From positions 21,080,001 through 21,144,000 of the forward strand of contig OZ059897.1 in the NCBI GenBank assembly GCA_964057225.1: DNA of 64,000 bases, written 5' to 3'. Shown here in pieces: positions 1 through 10,881 of this stretch (the stretch's first letter is position 1; each line of letters starts with the position of its first letter). Under the pieces are notes generated by a model. It saw only the letters and a program-made list of their open reading frames with translations. It was not told the DNA's origin and ran no database searches. A program made the translations under genes and the position numbers. This DNA comes from Auanema rhodensis (taxonomy: Eukaryota > Animalia > Nematoda).

Positions 1-41
1 AAAAATTAGTTATGATCGTTTGAAAAATGATGCATTAGTGT

Positions 42-69
42 ATGTTGAGTTTCCATGTACACTCAACAT
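42..69. repeat. Perfect 9-bp inverted repeat with 10-nt spacer (hairpin 1), repeated in each monomer
   Basis: ATGTTGAGT (42-50) / TTCCATGTAC / ACTCAACAT (61-69) are exact reverse complements. Confidence 0.95.
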
Positions 70-73
70 TGCT

Positions 74-145
74 TCCAAAAACATTTTGACAAAAATTTTT
101 TCGAAAAATTTCAAAATAATTTAGCAAAAAGTAGATGTTTTTAGA
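74..145. repeat. Cluster of overlapping AT-rich palindromes and inverted repeats, repeated in each monomer
   Basis: AAAAATTTTT (91-100) and TTTTTCGAAAAA (97-108) are perfect palindromes. ATTTTGA (83-89) pairs with TCAAAAT (111-117). TCCAAAAACAT (74-84) pairs with ATGTTTTTAGA (135-145) with one mismatch. Confidence 0.85.
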
Positions 146-219
146 TTCCATTTTTCAAGGCAAAGACGATAGACAATGTTATTCAACGAAAAAATTAATT
201 CTTCAGGGTGAAAATCGAG

Positions 220-241
220 GATATAAGTGTGAACTTATATC
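220..241. repeat. Perfect 9-bp inverted repeat with 4-nt GTGA/GTAA loop (hairpin 2), repeated in each monomer
   Basis: GATATAAGT (220-228) / GTGA (229-232) / ACTTATATC (233-241). Confidence 0.95.
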
Positions 242-251
242 AGTTGATATC

Positions 252-318
252 TCGGTGCATTTTTAAGCTAGCGCAAATCTGATAACACAGATCGACGCAG
301 CTTAAAAATCCGCATCGA
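252..318. repeat. Long interrupted inverted repeat (hairpin 3, about 26 bp of pairing), repeated in each monomer
   Basis: TCGGTGC (252-258)/GCATCGA (312-318, one G-T pair); ATTTTTAAGCT (259-269)/AGCTTAAAAAT (299-309) perfect 11 bp; GCG (271-273)/CGC (296-298); ATCTG (277-281)/CAGAT (288-292); loop ATAACA. Confidence 0.92.
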
Positions 319-3300
319 ATGCACTATATTACATTGAGAAACGCTTAATACAAAAATTAGTTATGATCGTTTGAAAAATGATGCATTAGTGTATGTTGAG
401 TTTCCATGTACACTCAACATTGCTTCCAAAAACATTTTGACAAAAATTTTTTCGAAAAATTTCAAAATAATTTAGCAAAAAGTAGATGTTTTTAGATTCC
501 TTTTTTCAAGGCAAAGACGATGGACAATGTTATTCAACGAAAAAATTATTTCTTCAGGGTGAAAATCGAGGATATAAGTGTGAACTTATATCAGTTGATA
601 TCTCGGTGCATTTTTAAGCTAGCGAAAATCTGATAACACAGATCGACGCAGCTTAAAATTCCGCATCGAATGCACTATACTACATTGAGAAACGCTTAAT
701 ACAAAAATTAGTTATGATCGTTTGAAAAATGATGCATTAGTGTATGTTGAGTTTCCATGTACACTCAACATTGCTTCCAAAAACATTTTGACAAAAATTT
801 TTTCGAAAAATTTCAAAATAATTTAACAAAAAGTAGATGTTTTTAGATTCCATTTTTCAAGGCAAAGACGATAGACAATGTTATTCAACGAAAAAATTAA
901 TTCTTCAGGGTGAAAATCGAGGATATAAGTGTGAACTTATATCAGTTGATATCTCGGTGCATTTTTAAGCTAGCGCAAATCTGATAACACAGATCGACGC
1001 AGCTTAAAAATCCGCATCGAATGCACTATACTACATTGAGAAACGCTTAATACAAAAATTAGTTATGATCGTTTGAAAAATGATGCATTAGTGTATGTTG
1101 AGTTTCCATGTACACTCAACATTGCTTCCAAAAACATTTTGACAAAAATTTTTTCGAAAAATTTCAAAATAATTTAGCAAAAAGTAGATGTTTTTAGATT
1201 CCTTTTTTCAAGGCAAAGACGATGGACAATGTTATTCAACGAAAAAATTATTTCTTCAGGGTGAAAATCGAGGATATAAGTGTGAACTTATATCAGTTGA
1301 TATCTCGGTGCATTTTTAAGCTAGCGCAAATCTGATAACACAGATCGACGCAGCTTAAAAATCCGCATCGAATGCACTATATTACATTGAGAAACACTTG
1401 ATACAAAAATTAGTTATGATCGTTTGAAAAATGATGCATTAGTGTATGTTGAGTTTCCATGTACACTCAACATTGCTTCCAAAAACATTTTGACAAAAAT
1501 TTTTTCGAAAAATTTCAAAATAATTTAGCAAAAAGTAGATGTTTTTAGATTCCATTTTTCAAGGCAAAGACGATGGACAATGTTATTCAACGAAAAAATT
1601 AATTCTTCAGGGTGAAAATCGAGGATATAAGTGTGAACTTATATCAGTTGATATCTCGGTGCATTTTTAAGCTAGCGCAAATCTGATAACACAGATCGAC
1701 GCAGCTTAAAAATCCGGATCGAATGCACTATACTACATTGAAGAACGCTTAATACAAAAATTAGTTATGATCGTTTGAAAAATGATGCATTAGTGTATGT
1801 TGAGTTTCCATGTACACTCAACATTGCTTCCAAAAACATTTTGACAAAAATTTTTTCGAAAAATTTCAAAATAATTTAGCAAAAAGTAGATGTTTTTAGA
1901 TTCCTTTTTTCAAGGCAAAGACGATGGACAATGTTATTCAACGAAAAAATTAATTCTTCAGGGTGAAAATCGAGGATATAAGTGTGAACTTATATCAGTT
2001 GATATCTCGGTGCATTTTTAAGCTAGCGCAAATCTGATAACACAGATCGACGCAACTTAAAAATCCGCATCGAATGCACTATACTACATTGAAGAACGCT
2101 TAATACAAAAATTAGTTATGATCGTTTGAAAAATGATGCATTAGTGTATGTTGAGTTTCCATGTACACTCAACATTGCTTCCAAAAACATTTTGACAAAA
2201 ATTTTTTCGAAAAATTTCAAAATAATTTAGCAAAAAGTAGATGTTTTTAGATTCCTTTTTTCAAGGCAAAGACGATGGACAATGTTATTCAACGAAAAAA
2301 TTAATTCTTCAGGGTGAAAATCGAGGATATAAGTGTGAACTTATATCAGTTGATATCTCGGTGCATTTTTAAGCTAGCGCAAATCTGATAACACAGATCG
2401 ACGCAGCTTAAAAATCCGCATCGAATGCACTATACTACATTGAGAAAAGCTTAATACAAAAATTAGTTATGATCGTTTGAAAAATGATGCATTAGTGTAT
2501 GTTGAGTTTCCATGTACACTCAACATTGCTTCCAAAAACATTTTGACAAAAATTTTTTCGAAAAATTTCAAAATAATTTAGCAAAAAGTAGATGTTTTTA
2601 GATTCCTTTTTTCAAGGCAAAGACGATGGACAATGTTATTCAACGAAAAAATTATTTCTTCAGGGTGAAAATCGAGGATATAAGTGTGAACTTATATCAG
2701 TTGATATCTCGGTGCATTTTTAAGCTAGCGCAAATCTGATAACACAGATCGACGCAGCTTAAAAATCCGCATCGAATGCACTATATTACATTGAGAAACA
2801 CTTGATACAAAAATTAGTTATGATCGTTTGAAAAATGATGCATTAGTGTATGTTGAGTTTCCATGTACACTCAACATTGCTTCCAAAAACATTTTGACAA
2901 AAATTTTTTCGAAAAATTTCAAAATAATTTAGCAAAAAGTAGATGTTTTTAGATTCCATTTTTCAAGGCAAAGACGATGGACAATGTTATTCAACGAAAA
3001 AATTAATTCTTCAGGGTGAAAATCGAGGATATAAGTGTGAACTTATATCAGTTGATATCTCGGTGCATTTTTAAGCTAGCGCAAATCTGATAACACAGAT
3101 CGACGCAGCTTAAAAATCCGGATCGAATGCACTATACTACATTAAAGAACGCTTAATACAAAAATTAGTTATGATCGTTTGAAAAATGATGCATTAGTGT
3201 ATGTTGAGTTTCCATGTACACTCAACATTGCTTCCAAAAACATTTTGACAAAAATTTTTTCGAAAAATTTCAAAATAATTTAGCAAAAAGTAGATGTTTT

Positions 3301-6300
3301 TAGATTCCTTTTTTCAAGGCAAAGACGATGGACAATGTTATTCAACGAAAAAATTAATTCTTCAGGGTGAAAATCGAGGATATAAGTGTGAACTTATATC
3401 AGTTGATATCTCGGTGCATTTTTAAGCTAGCGCAAATCTGATAACACAGATCGACGCAGCTTAAAAATCCGCATCGAATGCACTATACTACATTGAGAAA
3501 CTCTTGTTACAAAAATAAGTTATGATCGTTTGAAAAATGATGCATCAGTGTATGTTGAGTTTCCATGTACACTCAACATTGCTTCCAAAAACATTTTGAC
3601 AAAAATTTTTTCGAAAAATTTCAAAATAATTTAGCAAAAAGTAGATGTTTTTAGATTCCTTTTTTCAAGGCAAAGACGATGGACAATGTTATTCAACGAA
3701 AAAATTAATTCTTCAGGGTGAAAATCGAGGATATAAGTGTGAACTTATATCAGTTGATATCTCGGTGCATTTTTAAGCTAGCGCAAATCTGATAACACAG
3801 ATCGACGCAGCTTAAAAATCCGCATCGAATTCACTATATTACATTGAGAAACACTTGATACAAAAATTAGTTATGATCGTTTGAAAAATGATGCATTAGT
3901 GTATGTTGAGTTTCCATGTACACTCAACATTGCTTCCAAAAACATTTTGACAAAAATTTTTTCGAAAAATTTCAAAATAATTTAGCAAAAAGTAGATGTT
4001 TTTAGATTCCTTTTTTCAAGGCAAAGACGATGGACAATGTTATTCAACGAAAAAATTAATTCTTCAGGGTGAAAATCGAGGATATAAGTGTGAACTTATA
4101 TCAGTTGATATCTCGGTGCATTTTTAAGCTAGCGCAAATCTGATAACACAGATCGACGCAGCTTAAAAATCCGCATCGAATGCACTATACTACATTGAGA
4201 AAAGCTTAATACAAAAATTAGTTATGATCGTTTGAAAAATGATGCATTAGTGTATGTTGAGTTTCCATGTACACTCAACATTGCTTCCAAAAACATTTTG
4301 ACAAAAATTTTTTCGAAAAATTTCAAAATAATTTAGCAAAAAGTAGATGTTTTTAGATTCCATTTTTCAAGGCAAAGACGATGGACAATGTTATTCAACG
4401 AAAAAATTAATTCTTCAGGGTGAAAATCGAGGATATAAGTGTGAACTTATATCAGTTGATATCTCGGTGCATTTTTAAGCTAGCGCAAATCTGATAACAC
4501 AGATCGACGCAGCTTAAAAATCCGGATCGAATGCACTATACTACATTGAAGAACGCTTAATACAAAAATAAGTTATGATCGTTTGAAAAATGATGCATTA
4601 GTGTATGTTGAGTTTCCATGTACACTCAACATTGCTTCCAAAAACATTTTGACAAAAATTTTTTCGAAAAATTTCAAAATAATTTAGCAAAAAGTAGATG
4701 TTTTTAGATTCCATTTTTCAAGGCAAAGACGATGGACAATGTTATTCAACGAAAAAATTAATTCTTCAGGGTGAAAATCGAGGATATAAGTGTGAACTTA
4801 TATCAGTTGATATCTCGGTGCATTTTTAAGCTAGCGCAAATCTGATAACACAGATCGACGCAGCTTAAAAATCCGCATCGAATGCACTATACTACATTGA
4901 GAAAAGCTTAATACAAAAATTAGTTATGATCGTTTGAAAAATGATGCATTAGTGTATGTTGAGTTTCCATGTACACTCAACATTGCTTCCAAAAACATTT
5001 TGACAAAAATTTTTTCGAAAAATTTCAAAATAATTTAGCAAAAAGTAGATGTTTTTAGATTCCATTTTTCAAGGCAAAGACGATGGACAATGTTATTCAA
5101 CGAAAAAATTAATTCTTCAGGGTGAAAATCGAGGATATAAGTGTGAACTTATATCAGTTGATATCTCGGTGCATTTTTAAGCTAGCGCAAATCTGATAAC
5201 ACAGATCGACGCAGCTTAAAAATCCGCATCGAATGCACTATACTACATTGAGAAAAGCTTAATACAAAAATTAGTTATGATCGTTTGAAAAATGATGCAT
5301 TAGTGTATGTTGAGTTTCCATGTACACTCAACATTGCTTCCAAAAACATTTTGACAAAAATTTTTTCGAAAAATTTCAAAATAATTTAGCAAAAAGTAGA
5401 TGTTTTTAGATTCCATTTTTCAAGGCAAAGACGATGGACAATGTTATTCAACGAAAAAATTAATTCTTCAGGGTGAAAATCGAGGATATAAGTGTGAACT
5501 TATATCAGTTGATATCTCGGTGCATTTTTAAGCTAGCGCAAATCTGATAACACAGATCGACGCAGCTTAAAAATCCGGATCGAATGCACTATACTACATT
5601 GAAGAACGCTTAATACAAAAATAAGTTATGATCGTTTGAAAAATGATGCATTAGTGTATGTTGAGTTTCCATGTACACTCAACATTGCTTCCAAAAACAT
5701 TTTGACAAAAATTTTTTCGAAAAATTTCAAAATAATTTAGCAAAAAGTAGATGTTTTTAGATTCCATTTTTCAAGGCAAAGACGATGGACAATGTTATTC
5801 AACGAAAAAATTAATTCTTCAGGGTGAAAATCGAGGATATAAGTGTGAACTTATATCAGTTGATATCTCGGTGCATTTTTAAGCTAGCGCAAATCTGATA
5901 ACACAGATCGACGCAGCTTAAAAATCCGCATCGAATGCACTATACTACATTGAGAAACTCTTGTTACAAAAATAAGTTATGATCGTTTGAAAAATGATGC
6001 ATCAGTGTATGTTGAGTTTCCATGTACACTCAACATTGCTTCCAAAAACATTTTGACAAAAATTTTTTCGAAAAATTTCAAAATAATTTAGCAAAAAGTA
6101 GATGTTTTTAGATTCCCTTTTTCAAGGCAAAGACGATGGACAATGTTATTCAACGAAAAAATTAATTCTTCAGGGTGAAAATCGAGGATATAAGTGTGAA
6201 CTTATATCAGTTGATATCTCGGTGCATTTTTAAGCTAGCGCAAATCTGATAACACAGATCGACGCAGCTTAAAAATCCGGATCGAATGCACTATACTACA

Positions 6301-7371
6301 TTGAAGAACGCTTAATACAAAAATAAGTTATGATCGTTTGAAAAATGATGCATTAGTGTATGTTGAGTTTCCATGTACACTCAACATTGCTTCCAAAAAC
6401 ATTTTGACAAAAATTTTTTCGAAAAATTTCAAAATAATTTAGCAAAAAGTAGATGTTTTTAGATTCCATTTTTCAAGGCAAAGACGATGGACAATGTTAT
6501 TCAACAAAAAAATTAATTCTTCAGGGTGAAAATCGAGGATATAAGTGTGAACTTATATCAGTTGATATCTCGGTGCATTTTTAAGCTAGCGCAAATCTGA
6601 TAACACAGATCGACGCAGCTTAAAAATCCGGATCGAATGCACTATACTACATTGAAGAACGCTTAATACAAAAATTAGTTATGATCGTTTGAAAAATGAT
6701 GCATTAGTGTATGTTGAGTTTCCATGTACACTCAACATTGCTTCCAAAAACATTTTGACAAAAATTTTTTCGAAAAATTTCAAACTAATTTAGCAAAAAG
6801 TAGATGTTTTTAGATTTTATTTTTCAAGGCAAAGACGATGGACAATGTTATTCAACGAAAAAATTAATTCTTCAGGGTGAAAATCGAGGATATAAGTGTG
6901 AACTTATATCAGTTGATATCTCGGTGCATTTTTAAGCTAGCGCAAATCTGATAACACAGATCGACGCAGCTTAAAAATCCGGATCGAATGCACTATACTA
7001 CATTGAAGAACGCTTAATACAAAAATAAGTTATGATCGTTTGAAAAATGATGCATTAGTGTATGTTGAGTTTCCATGTACACTCAACATTGCTTCCAAAA
7101 ACATTTTGACAAAAATTTTTTCGAAAAATTTCAAAATAATTTAGCAAAAAGTAGATGTTTTTAGATTCCATTTTTCAAGGCAAAGACGATGGACAATGTT
7201 ATTCAACGAAAAAATTAATTCTTCAGGGTGAAAATCGAGGATATAAGTGTGAACTTATATCAGTTGATATCTCGGTGCATTTTTAAGCTAGCGCAAATCT
7301 GATAACACAGATCGACGCAGCTTAAAAATCCGGATCGAATGCACTATACTACATTGAAGAACGCTTAATAC

Positions 7372-10300
7372 AAAAATTAGTTATGATCGTTTGAAAAATG
7401 ATGCATTAGTGTATGTTGAGTTTCCATGTACACTCAACATTGCTTCCAAAAACATTTTGACAAAAATTTTTTCGAAAAATTTCAAACTAATTTAGCAAAA
7501 AGTAGATGTTTTTAGATTCCCTTTTTCAAGGCAAAGACGATGGACAATGTTATTCAACGAAAAAATTAATTCTTCAGGGTGAAAATCGAGGATATAAGTG
7601 TGAACTTATATCAGTTGATATCTCGGTGCATTTTTAAGCTAGCGCAAATCTGATAACACAGATCGACGCAGCTTAAAAATCCGGATCGAATGCACTATAC
7701 TACATTGAAGAACGCTTAATACAAAAATAAGTTATGATCGTTTGAAAAATGATGCATTAGTGTATGTTGAGTTTCCATGTACACTCAACATTGCTTCCAA
7801 AAACATTTTGACAAAAATTTTTTCGAAAAATTTCAAAATAATTTAGCAAAAAGTAGATGTTTTTAGATTCCATTTTTCAAGGCAAAGACGATGGACAATG
7901 TTATTCAACGAAAAAATTAATTCTTCAGGGTGAAAATCGAGAATATAAGTGTGAACTTATATCAGTTGATATCTCGGTGCATTTTTAAGCTAGCGCAAAT
8001 CTGATAACACAGATCGACGCAGCTTAAAAATCCGCATCGAATGCACTATACTACATTGAGAAACTCTTGTTACAAAAATAAGTTATGATCGTTTGAAAAA
8101 TGATGCATCAGTGTATGTTGAGTTTCCATGTACACTCAACATTGCTTCCAAAAACATTTTGACAAAAATTTTTTCGAAAAATTTCAAAATAATTTAGCAA
8201 AAAGTAGATGTTTTTAGATTCCCTTTTTCAAGGCAAAGACGATGGACAATGTTATTCAACGAAAAAATTAATTCTTCAGGGTGAAAATCGAGGATATAAG
8301 TGTGAACTTATATCAGTTGATATCTCGGTGCATTTTTAAGCTAGCGCAAATCTGATAACACAGATCGACGCAGCTTAAAAATCCGGATCGAATGCACTAT
8401 ACTACATTGAAGAACGCTTAATACAAAAATTAGTTATGATCGTTTGAAAAATGATGCATTAGTGTATGTTGAGTTTCCATGTACACTCAACATTGCTTCC
8501 AAAAACATTTTGACAAAAATTTTTTCGAAAAATTTCAAAATAATTTAGCAAAAAGTAGATGTTTTTAGATCCCATTTTTCAAGGCAAAGACGATGGACAA
8601 TGTTATTCAACGAAAAAATTAATTCTTCAGGGTGAAAATCGAGGATATAAGTGTGAACTTATATCAGTTGATATCTCGGTGCATTTTTAAGCTAGCGCAA
8701 ATCTGATAACACAGATCGACGCAGCTTAAAAATCCGCATCGAATGCACTATTCTACATTGAGAAACGCTTGTTACAAAAATAAGTTATGATCGTTTGAAA
8801 AATGATGCATTAGTGTATGTTGAGTTTCCATGTACACTCAACATTGCTTCCAAAAACATTTTGACAAAAATTTTTTCGAAAAATTTCAAAATAATTTAGC
8901 AAAAAGTAGATGTTTTCAGATTCCATTCTTCAAGGCAAAGACGATGGACAATGTTATTCAACGAAAAAATTAATTCTTCAGGGTGAAAATCGAGGATATA
9001 AGTGTGAACTTATATCAGTTGATATCTCGGTGCATTTTTAAGCTAGCGCAAATCTGATAACACAGATCGACGCAGCTTAAAAATCCGCATCGAATGCACT
9101 GTACTACATTGAAGAACGCTTAATACAAAAATTAGTTATGATCGTTTGAAAAATGATGCATTAGTGTATGTTGAGTTTCCATGTACACTCAACATTGCTT
9201 CCAAAAACATTTTGACAAAAATTTTTTCGAAAAATTTCAAACTAATTTAGCAAAAAGTAGATGTTTTTAGATTCCCTTTTTCAAGGCAAAGACGATGGAC
9301 AATGTTATTCAACGAAAAAATTAATTCTTCAGGGTGAAAATCGAGGATATAAGTGTGAACTTATATCAGTTGATATCTCGGTGCATTTTTAAGCTAGCGC
9401 AAATCTGATAACACAGATCGACGCAGCTTAAAAATCCGGATCGAATGCACTATACTACATTGAAGAACGCTTAATACAAAAATAAGTTATGATCGTTTGA
9501 AAAATGATGCATTAGTGTATGTTGAGTTTCCATGTACACTCAACATTGCTTCCAAAAACATTTTGACAAAAATTTTTTCGAAAAATTTCAAAATAATTTA
9601 GCAAAAAGTAGATGTTTTTAGATTCCATTTTTCAAGGCAAAGACGATGGACAATGTTATTCAACGAAAAAATTAATTCTTCAGGGTGAAAATCGAGAATA
9701 TAAGTGTGAACTTATATCAGTTGATATCTCGGTGCATTTTTAAGCTAGCGCAAATCTGATAACACAGATCGACGCAGCTTAAAAATCCGCATCGAATGCA
9801 CTATACTACATTGAGAAACTCTTGTTACAAAAATAAGTTATGATCGTTTGAAAAATGATGCATCAGTGTATGTTGAGTTTCCATGTACACTCAACATTGC
9901 TTCCAAAAACATTTTGACAAAAATTTTTTCGAAAAATTTCAAAATAATTTAGCAAAAAGTAGATGTTTTTAGATTCCCTTTTTCAAGGCAAAGACGATGG
10001 ACAATGTTATTCAACGAAAAAATTAATTCTTCAGGGTGAAAATCGAGGATATAAGTGTGAACTTATATCAGTTGATATCTCGGTGCATTTTTAAGCTAGC
10101 GCAAATCTGATAACACAGATCGACGCAGCTTAAAAATCCGGATCGAATGCACTATACTACATTGAAGAACGCTTAATACAAAAATTAGTTATGATCGTTT
10201 GAAAAATGATGCATTAGTGTATGTTGAGTTTCCATGTACACTCAACATTGCTTCCAAAAACATTTTGACAAAAATTTTTTCGAAAAATTTCAAAATAATT

Positions 10301-10881
10301 TAGCAAAAAGTAGATGTTTTTAGATCCCATTTTTCAAGGCAAAGACGATGGACAATGTTATTCAACGAAAAAATTAATTCTTCAGGGTGAAAATCGAGGA
10401 TATAAGTGTGAACTTATATCAGTTGATATCTCGGTGCATTTTTAAGCTAGCGCAAATCTGATAACACAGATCGACGCAGCTTAAAAATCCGCATCGAATG
10501 CACTATTCTACATTGAGAAACGCTTGTTACAAAAATAAGTTATGATCGTTTGAAAAATGATGCATTAGTGTATGTTGAGTTTCCATGTACACTCAACATT
10601 GCTTCCAAAAACATTTTGACAAAAATTTTTTCGAAAAATTTCAAAATAATTTAGCAAAAAGTAGATGTTTTCAGATTCCATTCTTCAAGGCAAAGACGAT
10701 GGACAATGTTATTCAACGAAAAAATTAATTCTTCAGGGTGAAAATCGAGGATATAAGTGTGAACTTATATCAGTTGATATCTCGGTGCATTTTTAAGCTA
10801 GCGCAAATCTGATAACACAGATCGACGCAGCTTAAAAATCCGCATCGAATGCACTGTACTACATTGAAGAACGCTTAATAC
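7372..10881. repeat. 5-monomer (1755-bp) tandem duplication, 2 copies: 7372-9126 and 9127-10881
   Basis: The private variant GAGAATAT occurs at 7942 and 9697 (1755 apart). GATCCCA, CACTATTCTA, TCAGATTCCATTCTT and CACTGTAC recur in the same order and spacing. Confidence 0.9.

Larger units (their letters stand above)
1..351. repeat. Representative monomer (phase set arbitrarily by the window start); about 69% AT, many A/T tracts, 12 CpG
   Basis: Hand count 108 G+C of 351 (C 52, G 56). Near-identical to 352-702 and all later copies. Confidence 0.97.

Noticed and set aside
99-115. CENP-B box-like motif TTTCGAAAAATTTCAAA
   Set aside because: Matches TTCG and the central A but lacks the required CGGG half.
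2-124. About 40-codon stop-free stretch (KISYDRLKNDALVYVEFPC...)
   Set aside because: Short, no ATG, no recognisable motif, and expected by chance.
150-215. Hammerhead ribozyme as in newt, cricket and schistosome satellites (minus strand has CTGAAGA at 206-200 and a downstream GAAA; plus strand has CTGATAA at 279-285)
   Set aside because: No stem II forms between the CUGANGA and GAAA boxes and no stem I partner was found; the plus-strand motif lacks the conserved G. An Infernal/Rfam scan of a dimer on both strands would settle it.
220-318. Hairpins as rho-independent terminators, tRNA or 5S rRNA units
   Set aside because: No upstream gene, no GC-rich stem followed by a U-tract, no cloverleaf or TTCGA T-loop context, and no recognisable 5S or Pol III box sequence.
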